Shown here in pieces: positions 38,922 through 52,777 of a DNA stretch of 64,000 bases. Location: the NCBI GenBank assembly GCA_903813345.2, contig CAIIXF020000001.1, positions 35,898,001 to 35,962,000 on the forward strand, read 5' to 3'. Source of the DNA: Owenia fusiformis (Eukaryota). The notes under the pieces are model-generated. The model worked only from the letters and a program-made list of their open reading frames with translations. It ran no database searches and was not told the origin of the DNA. The position numbers were made by a program, and so were the translations under genes. Within the stretch, counting starts at the first letter, position 1, and the number at the start of each line of letters is the position of its first letter.

Positions 38922-41900
38922 GAATGACGAAATTATGTTTCAATGATGCATGACATGTTAACTTTTCTCACTTTAATGAATGATATCTATGATAGAAAAA
39001 CATGACACATCAATGTTATTCCAGTTGTTCCCCGTTATTATTTCATCGTTCGATAGCCTTTTTCTAGATTTTAAGTTCTTGTACTTAAATCCTTTAATAA
39101 TAGATGTACATCTTGTGTCATCAAGAAGACTTATGTATTAAACTAAAACACTGCTTGTTTCAAGAGTATACTCCACTTGCTAATGTTGTAATATGGGATG
39201 AGAATTCATCTAAAGTTTGCATCTCTAGGATATCATTTTGATAAATGCCGATTCGAAAGGCATTTATCCATTTTGGGATCCACAGGCTCGTATACTATTT
39301 AGATAAAGAGAGACTCTGATAAATCAAAACGACATTTAAAGATGGCAATGTTGTCATAGCGGTCATGTTGAATTCCGCCAATATGTTTTCATGCACGAGA
39401 CGAGTGTAGAATATTCTTTACACTTTGATACAGATTTTGGAACAAGAAAAAAAGAAGGGAGTATATTTTAGAAATCCCTGCGAAACATTTTGAACAATGT
39501 ATACTATCGTAGGTCATTTTTTCCAAATGCCATACAAATCTCATATTTGTATCAATGTCAGCTGCTTAAAGACACTAGGGTATCATCTTCTACTCATGTT
39601 CCATTTTCTTTAACATTTGACCAACTATATGTCAGTCTATTTTTATTGTTTTCACAAAGAGAGCGCATCTCTCCCGGGAATCGGAATTCAGTTCACAATC
39701 GCAAATGAGCTACAGTTGAAAGGTTATTGTAAGAATATGGACCTAAGGATACGTGATGAACCCTTAATTTGTCCTAATTACAAATTTACGTAACTTCGAT
39801 AATTAAAGTGCCGAAATGATGTGTATTTATACTCTAGCTCTATCGAATATATCACGTCAATTTTCAATTTGCATTAGATTTATAGAAACCGTATTACCCA
39901 CATCAAACATAATATGTGAACAGTTTGACTGAATGCTAATTTACATTGGTTTCCAAACTATCTATAGATTGTATATTGTATTACCATCCAAATGAGGTTA
40001 CTATTTGAATTGCAACTGTCTAATGATGAATATCGGGATTATCTTAAATAAACAGTCATAATATAGTTATGTAGTTGGGCATTGAGCTTGCGATGTCAGT
40101 ATACGTCACTCAGTCTATAATAATTGTATCTCGATAAAAAAATTCATGATTTACGAAACTGATAAAATACATTACAGTCCCTTGATACGTCGGCATGAGC
40201 AGAACTGCACTCAGTCTTGTTTTGATACTATGGTTAATGACATTTAACCCATTTTCGATTCAACCTCCGCCAATCTCATTTGCAAATCTATAGTATAAAC
40301 TATGACGTGAGCCACCGCAAAGAACTAAAACTCGCCGTTTTGAGAAAAAAGAAAAAATGCGCAAAGCTACCGTTTCGTTTTTAGAAATTCGCCGGTTAAT
40401 TTTCAACACCAATATTGACAAATTGCTGTCATACAATTTCGAATAAGTATCTTAATAGAAATATAGGGCATCAGATATGCCAATCAAACGAGTTTTGCTA
40501 GTATTACAAGCTACAAAGATGCCATCAGGTGATTTAGTATTAAATACTTTTTGTTTTACCAGTGGGATTGGCTAAATTGAATGGTGTGGATAGAAATCCC
40601 TAGATAAGCAATGTGCACGAATATAAATCAACTTGCTGATCGGGTTGAACTTGGAATATGTGCGGAGATGTAATATTGCGACACTTTGTATCAACGTCTT
40701 ACCATCCAATCGTAGATGGCAAGGCTGAACATTTCATCTGGTGATTTTAGTAGAAAGTCTATCTAAGTTTACAATGGAAGTTAACCAAAACAAAATTATA
40801 ATTAATATTTCTTCATTGCGATATTAAAAACAATTTCATTACTAATTATTATTTGGGATGGTGTGCACAAGAAGAGATAGGGAAAGGTGAAGTATGTTTT
40901 AATGAGTGTAATCTTGTATTTATAGCGGATTATGATGCGGGAATAGCGAGCTGGGTCCAAGATCAATGTGTTCAATGATAAAGCGCGATAATCTCCTGGT
41001 AAGACTTTGTCTGTATGTGACGTTCATAGCAAATGAAAATGTTAAAATCCCAATAACTAGCTAGGCCAGCAAAACGTAAGCTTCCGTTCAAACACTTTTG
41101 TTGTGATCCGAATCTCTTGTTTATCCAAAATCGTTTTTGTGCTTTGTGTATCAGTTCTCTGTGTCATTTTTAAACGATTTTCTTATTTATTGTTATTCGA
41201 GAGCTAGTATATTTGTGTTGGTATTTTGAATTGTTTCTCTTTTTCATGATGATAACATGACAGTCTGTTACTTCAAATTATACATACCGTGTCAAATATA
41301 TGTTTCATATTAAGTTTGTGCGTAGTCGCACAATATGAAATCTTTATAAATGTTTACCAAAATTGCATCATACCTTTTGCATTTGTTCGACTTCACTTCT
41401 CAAAATAGAGCTTCGTATAACTATCGACATTTTGTTTAAAACTATATAGACTGCGCGCAAGTAGTAATTGCAGCATGGCATATCATAATGAGCTTGGGCA
41501 TCAACGTCCACCATCTGGATCAACAATAATGACAAATAAGACACTGAAGTTAGGCTTGCAATAAACCTTTTTAAAACAAGGAATCTCATTATTAGAGCAT
41601 CATTTGCTCAACCTTTCACAAGGAATGCGTTAATGACATGCCCTTCCTTTTCTTCATCCTCTGTTCTGGTTATGATATATAGATCGCAATCTTAATCGGT
41701 GACATATTAACTGCATCATTCGTCTCTGGTGTAATCGAAAACCTTATTTCAATCCAGGATTGAATTCACTGCTGGTCACTTTCATGTATTGATTTTTGGA
41801 TACCATAAAAAGGAACCATCTCTGTGTTACTCATACTGCTTTTATTCACAATATGTATGTATTCTTTTCTTCGTTTTAGATTGACCCTTACAGAGAGCAA

Positions 41901-41970
41901 AGAAATAATTACCTCTATCTCTCTATGTTTCCTCTGCATTCGTTCGACCATGGACATTCAACTCTAGTTG

Positions 41971-42660
41971 AAAGGTTCATGTGCAGTATAGCAATTGATT
42001 TAAGACAGTCATATCTTTCACCATGAGTACTTTCTGGGCATAAATATAGTGGTTTTTATGAAAACAATATGTTTTCTTTCAAGTGAAGTACCAATAATGA
42101 TAAAAATATCAATCGAACAATCCGAAAAATTATAAATAGGGACCCCATGTCAACAATTTTTTTATTTCTTTTTCTGATTTTTATTGCATGAAAAGATTAT
42201 TCAACAAGGGGTCTAAAACTTCTTCAAAAGTAGAATGGTATTGAAAGTCTAGTCTTGAAGATATCAATTTTCGCTGACCAAAATTATGCTGAAAACAATG
42301 GATAGCACGAGTTTTCCCTATGGTAAATAACATGGGATATGTGGTTTTTAACTTTAACGCATTTCAATACCTATCCCCTTTTCAGAAAGTGTTAATATAG
42401 TGTAGAAGAAACTTTTGATATGTTTAAATTGAGAAAAAAATATTCTCTTTTGAGAAAATAAGCTTTACATTTTCAAAAAAGTGCCAAGGTGGGGTCTTAA
42501 ATCTTAATTTTTCAAAGAGTTGAATTGATATTTTACTATCATGGGGATTTCACTTGAAAGAAGACATATTGTTAAAGACCATTGTATTTATGGTCAGAAA
42601 GTACTCGTGGTGAAAGATATGACCGTCTAAAATCATTTGCCATACTGCACATGGACCTCT
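41971..42660. mobile_element. MITE with long imperfect TIRs (possibly Kolobok-type)
   Basis: aggttcatgtgcagtatagcaa..tcatatctttcaccatgagtactttctg mirrored by cagaaagtactcgtggtgaaagatatga..ttgccatactgcacatggacct. Confidence 0.75.
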
Positions 42661-43626
42661 AGTTGCCCGTGGTTCGACTACAACTACAACTAGACTCTGC
42701 GCACATTGTACTCTCTATGGAAAGTCGTTATGGTATACAGTATACAGTGGACTACCCTGCCAGGACCGAACCTGCGCACAGAGACTAGTTGTAAACAAAG
42801 ACGAAGCTCTCTTTTAAGAAGTGAATTGTAGTCGAACGAATGCAAAGGTTAACAATGGGCATTTCAATCGTTGTAAGAATGAGAGATGTGATGAGTGTTA
42901 GATACAGAATGACGAGGAACATGGTGAATTATTTTCCCCAAGACATTATATTGAAGAATACTTTCAGTGGTAATAAATAAGCAGAAAAAATTAGTACTTG
43001 ATGTGTCGCATTTATCGCAGTGTCCGTAAGGGCAAAGGTGAGATCTCCTGAAGTGGAATCTAATGATGTACACTAATGTAATAACTATTTTACATTTTTA
43101 CATCCCTAAGGGTATAGACTTGTCGCACCAAAAGTGACTTTGGAATTTGTCTCAATTGAAGAACTTATGTCTTACAGATTTAGTTATGATTACGGTTAAT
43201 AGCTTGTATTGTATTATGAAAAATGATGTTCTTATTTTATTCCCTCGGGAATGATAGATTCTGTTTGGATGACGATATGGATAAACCACGAATTTGTTTC
43301 CTCTGGTAAACACTTCCAGGTGGCCTATCGATATTCATATTTGCTGTTTACCAATTGTTTAATTGTTTACCAATAATTAATATCCCTAGAAATAGAATCC
43401 GTGACTGTATTCTTTATACTTCCTTTTGTTTGTTCTTTTGAGTTCTTCATGAATCAACATCCTCTGAACGAGGTGCTACAGATTTCAGACATCTTCCACA
43501 AAATCCATATTTTCACTTCCGGTTGTTGGCCCAGAGCATGACGGACGATTACGAGTCACGTCTGATAATTAGGTAATTTGTTTTAGTTTTATTAAAATAT
43601 TAGAAATACACCTGACTTTTTCTAGA

Positions 43627-44320
43627 TCAAAGATTCGAGATGGTAAAGATTAAAAGGTGGATTGGATCAAGTGGATTGGATTCAAGTAAAAGGTGGATTG
43701 GATCGGAAATCTTCAAAACATGGGGTTTCTTAAGATTTTTGACCACTTTGGCCCCTTTGAGGAACAAACCAACAACAGACAAATTAGTCTAGCTACAAGC
43801 CCTTCTGACCCCCTCCCGCCACTACAAGGTAGAAGGTGTTAAGTCAAGTAGAGAGGATGGGGTCGCAGAGGCGTGTAGCTAGACTACAAACAAATAAATA
43901 CTACAATTAGTTGATGGATACTCTAAGTATTAAACTGATTTCCCTTGTAAATCGACTTTTGTAAGGCATATAATAAACATAGATCTGAAGATGAAAGCTA
44001 TCATTCAAATTGATGTGTGGATGTTCCAAAAACATTTCTGCTATGTTCTGTTTGGACTGTAACAGATGATATGGATCTTCAAACCAGTCTGCCTTATGAT
44101 TTAAATTGCCTAAAATTCCACTTGATATGAATAAGAGTGTATCAGAACCTTTCTTGCCCACAAGGCAAAATAATAGTATATCTATTATTTGACAATGTGG
44201 ATGTGAGAAGAACACCAATTTTCTTGGAGGGAGATCAATAGAAAAAATACTTAGAAATTCTATATCTTGAAGATTTCCGATCCAATCCACCTTTTATCCT
44301 TTACCTTCGAGATTGACCAG
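43627..44320. mobile_element. Inverted-repeat element containing a ~100-bp TAG...CTA mini-element (43785-43886)
   Basis: aaaaggtggattggatcggaaatcttcaa / ttgaagatttccgatccaatccacctttt. Inner element tagtctagctac...gtagctagacta. Confidence 0.6.
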
Positions 44321-45519
44321 TTTGTTTAGGCATTTCCGTTATATTTTACGCAAGGTAGGCACTGTGTCCTTGAAATGAATACTATTTCATTTCTTCTTTA
44401 AAGCACAATTTAATATAGGGGGGGTGTATAGAGGGTCTTGGAAATGCATATACAATATTTTTCAGCTCTCTTATACCATATACAATATTTTTTCACCATA
44501 TACAATATTTTTCACAGCTCTTATACCATATACGATATTTTAGGTGAAATACAATATACGATAATTTTGAAACTGCTTTTGATTAAAGTTTGGATATTTA
44601 TAAGGAAATAATATTATATTAGGAGAGAATCCATGTACTAAAGTAAATGTATTATTATAAGGCAACTAGACTCCACATACTTACCACAATGATTTCATTT
44701 ATTTCATTATGAATTAGACACCATTCGGGTGCATCAGCATCAGAAAAGCTGTGACCACATTTTATTTTCAGGTAAACAAGTTGATTTAAAACACATTTAT
44801 GATATAAGATTCATGACTTCTCTTTAGTGATTTAGCAACCTACTTTGACAAAAAAAACTAACTATGACATTGCTGCAATTTGCTAAAGCCATTAGCCCAT
44901 TACCTGTAAAAGTACCATAAAGATATTCAAAATTAGCACAAAACCTGCATCATTGGAATGGGTGGAACCCAGTGCTCCTCTTTCTTATGACCTACTTTCC
45001 CATGACTTATTTAAATGTCCTTCATAGTGAGCCAGGGAAAAAAAATCTTGAAACATAATTGATGCAAAATTGAGAATGTTGAATAAAAGATTCATCATGT
45101 GTTCTATGAAAATAAAGTTTGCTGAGGAAAATATTTATTAGATAGATAATGAAGATTCACAATGCACAATAATTTTGTAAAGCAGTTACCTGGAAAATAT
45201 TATGTATTTAAAACAGTTTCAGAAATAAAGGACTTCACAAACTTCCATGTAGATAATTCATTTTTGATTGGACTCGAGTCTGGAAACTAGAGTTTGAAAT
45301 AAAGGCAAGATGAGACTTGATTGTTTAAACATTTGAAACATGAGACACTTCGTGGTTTCAGATAAGGCAGCCTCAAAGACAGTATAAGTTAAACAAAGGT
45401 GTGTCAAAATTAAGCAAATTTCCATGAAGGTCAAACCACATGTTTCACAGATGATTTCAAGGCAAAGATGTATTGATGAGAATGAAAACTACTCTATGTA
45501 ACTAGAAATAACTTTCTTT

Positions 45520-46190
45520 TAAAGGACCATGGACGATATCGCAACAGATTTCAGTCATATATTGGATTTTGGCTATTTTCTGAGGATTTGAACAGGTGCA
45601 TATGTTAGGCCAATGCATTAACTCCAGGACAAGCAGTCATAGAGATTATAAAATAATTTGGACTTTAAGACAGGGAAGGTGCAAACACCCCATCAACATG
45701 TTTTTCTGTAATGTTGTCCTGATTTCCAGCCCTTTCCACACCTGTTTTTCAATGTTTGTTGCATCGATCACTCGTTGCGTTTTGAGACATGGTTAAGATC
45801 TTTAAATGAAAATATGATTCATGCAGGGGTTTTAAAGATATCAATTTTGGATGACCAAAATTGAGCTGAAAACAATGGACCACATGAGTTTTCCCTATGG
45901 GAAAATAACATGGGAAATACATGTACTGTTTTCCACTTTATCCCAAATAAATCATATTTTAGAGGTTAACTGTGTCTCAAAGTGCAACATATTGGTGCAT
46001 CAAACATTGAAAAAACATATGTGGAAAGGGCTGAAAATAAGGACAACATTTCAGAAAAACCTTCCCTGTCTCAAAGTTCAAATTATTTTATTACCTCTAT
46101 GAGTGCTTGATCTGGAGTTAATGCATTGGCCTAACATATGCACCTGTTCAAATCCCCAATAAATAGCCGAAATCCAACACATGACGGTTT
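45520..46190. mobile_element. Nested palindromic MITE
   Basis: gatttgaacaggtgcatatgttaggccaatgcattaactccag / ctggagttaatgcattggcctaacatatgcacctgttcaaatc. Confidence 0.8.
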
Positions 46191-46375
46191 GAAGACCAAA
46201 TAAACACCTTTTGCTATATTATGCTATATTAGCATTGTGATGCTTGTATTAAAACATGCGCTGTATGAACACTTTATACTCAAATATTTTCATGATTTAT
46301 CCCACATACCCCGAAACACGAGTAGCCATAGTGACCATATTTTTCATCAAAGTTAAGATGGTCAATGACATTTGG

Positions 46376-47348
46376 CAGTCTCACGCCCGGTGATCTGATG
46401 AAATGAACGGAGGGGGAGTAGCTGATTTTCGGTAAATTCAACAAATGTTGAAGATTTATTTTTTCAAGCAAAAGTTTACAATTGAATGGCTACATGAATA
46501 GGTGCAGTGCAGAGGGAAATATGTTAGGTCTTCTTGGATTTTTTTGAACTGATGGAGTTCTAAGATAAAAGGTCTATTAAAAAAGGCGCAGCGTCGCCAA
46601 CGTGCAAATGACAATGGTCTGCAATGGTCTGCACGACATGTAATAAATATATAAGCGACATTTTTATATCACAAAATTCATTGCCGGTTTTTTAAAATAA
46701 TTTTCCAAATGATAGATAAAAAATAATCGAAAATAATTAAAATTGAACGGAGGGGGGGGAGTGAACGGAGGGGGGGAGTAAAATGTCTTTAAGGTGGAAG
46801 AAATTTCCACAAATTCGTGTACTTGAAAAATGAACTCACTTACTCAGTAACTTGATGTTACAACTCTGAAAAGTGAAAAATGGGGACATATGGATTTATT
46901 GGAAGTTTTCATATGTCTTATAGACAAATTACCCCCCCCCCTCCATTCAATTTTAATAATTTTCGATTACTTTTTATATAACGTATGGTAACATGTTTTA
47001 CAAAACCCAATAGTTTTGTGATAATTACTTCACTTACAAGTATTTATTACAGGTCGTGGAGACCCCTGTTGGTTGATTTATAGCAAAAACATTGGCATTT
47101 GCATGTTGGCGACGCTGCACTTTTTTAATAGATCTTTTATTTTAGAACTCCAAAGTTAAAAAAAATCCAAAAAGACCTAACATATTCCCCCGTCCACTGC
47201 GTCTATTCATTTAGCCATTCAATTGTAAACTTTCTCTTGAAAAAATAAATCTTCAAGATTTGTTGAATTTTCTACCGAAAATCAGCTAGATCTACTCCCC
47301 CTCCGTTCATTTCTTCTGATCACCGGGCGTGATTCTTATTTGAGACTG
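46376..47348. mobile_element. Nested foldback MITE with ~400-bp arms
   Basis: tcacgcccggtgatc..aaatgaacggagggggagtag / ctactccccctccgttcattt..gatcaccgggcgtga. Outer cagtctca / tgagactg|TA. Confidence 0.8.
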
Positions 47349-49243
47349 TATTTAACACCTCCTGTGAAAATTTGAATGAAAAGGGCACAAAACTCTTAGT
47401 TTGAGAGGGATTTTCTCTAAACTAACAGTATCGATTGACCTGGAATTTGAAAACAATTATAGAGACTACTTTTCCATGTTTTTCCAACACGGTTACAGTA
47501 AGAGAGTTGGCACAATGGGGGAACTTTAGGGTACAATTTCTTCATAATTAGCCTTCTTTAATTCTAGATACCATATACCATATTTTCTAAAATACCATAT
47601 ACCATATTTTTTACACCTCTTATACCATATACGATAAATTTTGCCCCCTCTTATACAATATACAATAAATTTTCAGCTTCTTATACGATATACAATATCT
47701 CTATACACCCCCCCCCCTATATACTTCAAAGCATACTCGACATTTTACTTTGAAATATGATCTTCGTAGAAATACACTCGACATTTTTCTGTTAGAATAT
47801 AATCTTCTTTGAATATCGCAATCTCTGTTATTGTCGCGTCGTACACCTAAATGGGTATCGAGGGAGTTCGATGAATTCAGAACTCCTTATCATATTCTTG
47901 AAAAAACAGTTACGGATATCCAGACGTAGATGACTGACACAACTTTGGAACAAGGCTGTAACATGAAAAAACGTCAACATTTTTCATATGGTTACATATG
48001 TGCCATTTGCCGAGAGACGCCGAGCACCGAATGCCATGAAAACGCTCTCTGACAAAAGTGAAAATTCCGAAATTCCAAGTTGTTTCGTGTTACATGAAGG
48101 CCTATCATTGAGCTTAGTACCCGAGCTTTATATGGGTACGAGGTAACACTGAAGATTGTTTCTATTTCTATCATTACGTTTTTACTTTGTTTGATGTTTT
48201 ACACAATTACGCTCATCAAATGCATAATCATTAAACTGCTAACTAGAAATTGATTATCAGTGGTCGATGAGAATGTATCCAATTGTAAACAGATCTCTTT
48301 GTGAAAAGTCATTCTGGTTATTGGGATTCTGAATGATATGTTTGAGGGTATTCGCTGTTTAGGACTTACTCTGAACCCAGGGTTAAAGACTAATCGATTA
48401 ATTTGTGGCCAACTGATTGAATCTGGGGCACCATATTTAGCAATTTTACCATCATCAGTTGACTGATTCAATTCAATCATTTCTCGATTGTTCCTTTTCT
48501 GAAGTAATAAGATTAGGCTAATCGAATAAATTTGAACAAGTTTACGGATTTAACTTAGCAGAGAAGATTGTCTAAAATGTTGAAATGTAGATACGAGAGG
48601 AAATCCAATTGCATCATTCAGACTTCTATTTATTCAGCAACGCAAAGAAAATAGACGCATCTGGATTAAAATCAGTTTGCGAAACTTCAATTTATTGAAC
48701 TTCTTCCAATTACAGTGAACACGATAATTGATATTTCCACGCCGTAATATTTGTTATTTACATTATCTACAAATGAACAAAGCTATCATTGCACTAATTA
48801 TAGCTCATCAAATGTTGTACATTTTATATTAATTAAGGAATGTGTTCATCACAAATTTACTCAGTTCAAATTAGTAAACATTTCTTGGAGAATCTATTTC
48901 AAGCTCCCAAGTGCGAAAACCACAATAAATTCGAAAATAACTTAAGGTATAGCAAAAGTACACCAGTGATGATTTTAAGCATATTTCGCGAGATACAAAA
49001 TAAGACACAACTGACATGCCTGCAAAATCTCTAGCTCAGTTGTTTACTTTTGCTAAAAATAAATTTCACGTTACAACCATCACTAATAAATAATGTAATA
49101 TCTGAATTCGACTAATGTAACTATCCTCTAATGCTGCACCTCAACAAAATAATTCCATTTAAAGAAAATCAGATTATTGATTGTTCGAATTATTTGATAT
49201 AGAAAAAATATATTTGAAGATAGCTAACTGCACGTAATATTTT

Positions 49244-50254
49244 TTATTCTTCAGCAGTGAGATCGTTCATGTTTGATTCGTCACCAGTTTCAATACTTTC
49301 AGCTGAGTTCTCTTCTGATGATTTTTTACCGAAAAATAGAGTAGGATGACTTCCGTCATCGAAACGTTTGCCGAAAACGAGTCCACTACTAGCTGGGTCA
49401 AATCGTTTGCCGAAAACGAGTCCGCTACTTGCTGGGTCGAATCGTTTGCCGAAAACGAGTCCACTACTAGCTGGGTCAAATCGTTTGCCGAAAACGAGTC
49501 CACTACTAGCTGGGTCAAATCGTTTGCCGAAAACGAGTCCACTACTAGCTGGGTCAAATCGTTTGCCGAAAACGAGTCCACTACTAGCTGGGTCAAATCG
49601 TTTGCCGAATACGAGTCCACTACTAGCTGGGTCAAATCGTTTGCCGAATACGAGTCCACTACTAGCTGGGTCGAATCGTTTGCCGAATACGAGTCCGCTA
49701 CTTGCTGGATCAAATCGTTTGCCGAATACGAGTCCACTACTAGCCGGGTCGAATCGTTTGCCGAATACGAGTCCACTACTAGCTGGGTCAAATCGTTTGC
49801 CGAAAACGAGTCCACTACTTGCTGGATCGAATCGTTTGCCGAATACGAGTCCACTACTAGCCGGGTCGAATCGTTTGCCGAATACGAGGCCACTACTAGC
49901 CGGGTCGAATCGTTTGCCGAATACAAGTCCACTACTAGCTGGGTCGAATCGCTTTTTCTTTCCAAAGACAAGTCCACTCATACTTGGGTCCATTTTCTTA
50001 TCATCTTTCAAGGGGCGTTTCCCAAACACAAGACCACTACTTGCAGGGTCAAAACGTTTACCAAAAACAAGTCCGCTACTGGCAGGGTCAAAACGTTTCT
50101 TTTTTCCAAAGACGAGCCCACTGATGTCTGGATTCATACGTTTCCCATAGACCAATCCGCTCAAGTTTGGGTCCATTTTCTTCTCTTCTTGAATTGCTGT
50201 GACGACTGCTAACCATATCACCAACAGGGCAGTAAAAGGGTTTACCAGATCCAT
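49244..50254 (-). CDS. Neuropeptide precursor with SGLVFamide peptides (SIFamide/FFamide/L-type SALMFamide-like)
   Basis: Hydrophobic N-terminus (~20-aa signal peptide), then peptides flanked by KK/KR/KKKR with a Gly amidation donor: MDPNLSGLVYa, MNPDISGLVFa, MDPSMSGLVFa, 17x FDPASSGLVFa, FDDGSHPTLFFa. Acidic C-terminal tail. Splice acceptor tttcag 8 nt upstream of the ATG. Confidence 0.95.
   Translation of the reverse strand: MDLVNPFTALLVIWLAVVTAIQEEKKMDPNLSGLVYGKRMNPDISGLVFGKKKRFDPASSGLVFGKRFDPASSGLVFGKRPLKDDKKMDPSMSGLVFGKKKRFDPASSGLVFGKRFDPASSGLVFGKRFDPASSGLVFGKRFDPASSGLVFGKRFDPASSGLVFGKRFDPASSGLVFGKRFDPASSGLVFGKRFDPASSGLVFGKRFDPASSGLVFGKRFDPASSGLVFGKRFDPASSGLVFGKRFDPASSGLVFGKRFDPASSGLVFGKRFDPASSGLVFGKRFDPASSGLVFGKRFDDGSHPTLFFGKKSSEENSAESIETGDESNMNDLTAEE
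49364..49948 (-). repeat. Coding tandem repeat, 15 x 39 bp (FDPASSGLVFGKR)
   Basis: Near-identical 39-bp units that differ only at synonymous positions. Confidence 0.95.
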
Positions 50255-52777
50255 CTCTTAATCTGAAATGAGAGATGAAATAAATGAAATGTCTCTATTC
50301 CGCAAAACTATACTCAATTAAGATTTTTATGACTTCAATCACGTTTCGAGTAATGTGAACGTTCCTCTCTGTATATATGAGAGCTTGTGATAGGTGTGAC
50401 CTACCAGCGTTCAGAAGTGTGTAGATTCGGGAACCGTGATATAATTACTATATGTAACCTTCGTCACTTAAAAGGGAATTTGGAAAGTGTTTGAGGTGAT
50501 TGATCCAATTTAAGGTATTGAACTTCGATATTTATGGATCCAGTGTCTCTCTTATGATTCCTTTGTTCTGTACTTTCCTCTGTGAAATTGATATGCAATT
50601 ATTTATTTCATACGAAAGACTCCGTTTGTTTAGCATAGAGACTTTGTAAGCTGTTGACAATGTAATAATATTGTTTAGTTAGTTGTTTAGCGATAGGACA
50701 ATAATGTATACGATGTCTGCTTGACCGAACTTGATATTTCCTATTCTAAGTCTGATATAAAAGTGCGTGTTTGCAGCCCACGCATTTTTATCTTGGACAT
50801 GCTGGATTCTATAAACGATTCAATCTGAATTGCAGCAAACATTTTAGACCTCGTATGCCGAGAAGATGTGTCTGTAGAAAGATATAGGTCGTAAATAAGA
50901 GCCAATCAACAATTAGGTAGATTTAAATTGAGCTGTTTTCAAGAAGAGTGAAATCTCCTATCATCGTAAAAACGCTTGCAAGCCTCGTTTCCATAAAAAT
51001 AGCCCGAGACATCCGGTAATCTAGAACAACGGGAAAAATTAAATTCAGACAATTAACTCAATACCTGAATATCTGATTTTATTACTACCAAATAGCATGT
51101 TAGATTAGATTAGATGTTGGATTATTTATTTTAGATAACCTATCTGATTAACAATATACGTCAGCACCTAAAATAATATCCAGGTTTAAAAAATAGAATA
51201 TCATGTGTCGTGAACAATAATGTTCAAATTAATCTCGGTATTGTGCTGAAGATGAGCCGCTAATACCCGGAGTGTTGTATGATCTAATTTCATTGGAAAT
51301 ATGAGGATTGATGACAGGTATTTGTTACGTGGTCGACGGTGGCTTAATCTTGATCATTTCCATTGTCAATAGATATCAGTAAAAAGGAAATTCTATATGA
51401 GTATCTTACATGTGAACATAGCCTTGTTAACTGGTGATCATTAGCACCTATCTTACACCTGCCACTTTTCATTTCAACATAGCGGATCTCTCCCGATGCA
51501 ATAAAATGTTTTTAATTATCGGATAAAAGTTTCATTAAGAGTCTTTTATTTTGTCAATGATAGAAGATACGCGCCGTATATAACTATTTTCAGATCGGTT
51601 TGGTCAGTAAGTACATAGTTTAAGAAAATGACCCTAGATTCATTCACCAAGTTATAATTAAATCCGGTTTAGAGTTGTAAACGTATAATATATCACTATC
51701 TCCGAATAAGGGTAAGAATGAAATATGATGATACTATTTTCGGTGTGCTATAAACAAACAGTGGCCAAATATTAATAAATTCATTATACGATGTAACATC
51801 TATTGGGATATGGTCTAATAGATAAAATTCAATTTTACCTGTTTTTAGTAAATGCAATAAAATGGTAAACTATTCACCTGGCTACAATCAATTGATCAGA
51901 TGATTTAGCAAGATACATCAAGTATTTATCGAATAAATTGAAACTTGTAATAAGAAACCATAGAACGTGACAAGAACAAATAGGCGTTTTTCATCTTATA
52001 TTACGATTATCCTCCTTAATTACTGCATTACGGGAACGCAGAGGTACCCTAGCTGAAGGCGTTGCAAAGCTAAGGCCATAAAAAGTAGATTCTTTGTTTG
52101 ACGTCAACTTGCTTGTGTGATTTTGAGTAAATCACCAAAAAACAAACAAATCCAAATATCATTTATATGAAATCAATTAACAATCCCAGGTGGTCTTGGT
52201 TTAAATGTTATACTATGTATTTAACTGTTTAAATACATATTATATACTAAATATGTGTTTGTTTAGTTACTGCAAATTGGTATATGTACCCTTTTGTAGC
52301 CATAAATTTAACACATTTAATAGGAAACAATGAAACAATTTCTGATGGCCTAATGAGAGCATACAACATTAATCGTACTTTATTCAGCAAAATATTGCGG
52401 TTAGAATTCAGAGTTTAATATTTCAATACTGTATATGATTCCGAAAAGATAGTTTGCACCTTTCTGTAGCAACCATCTAGATGTATCTATACATTACTAA
52501 TGAATATGATTCTTCATGTTCTAATAACATTAAATGCCCTGTTTGAAAACAAACACGGACAATAAGGCAATTATAAAAACTATAAAATTAGGCATAGTAG
52601 TCAATGATAATAAGTCAGTTATAAGCAAAGATACATCAAACCAAAACTGAGAGTCGCCGAATTGCAACATATGCAGCTCAAGTTCGCCATTCTGATATAA
52701 TCACATCTTTCTGTTTTATAGAAAGGCTCTAATAGAATGCCATGGTGGGGCTGCATAGGGTCTACCCACCGTGATAT

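Larger units (their letters stand above)
44418..47717. mobile_element. DNA transposon derivative (possibly Sola-like) hosting two nested MITEs
   Basis: TATA|GGGGGGGTGTATAGAG ... CTCTATACACCCCCCCCCC|TATA, with subterminal ataccatatacaatattt repeats near both ends. Confidence 0.7.

Noticed and set aside
49364..49948. CRISPR-like regular repeat appearance (also 20598-21180)
   Set aside because: There are no unique spacers and no cas genes, and the context is eukaryotic.
49267..50212. Alternative-frame and antisense ORFs over the neuropeptide gene
   Set aside because: They are shadows of the 39-bp coding repeat. Only the 336-aa frame has a signal peptide, cleavage sites and purely synonymous variation.
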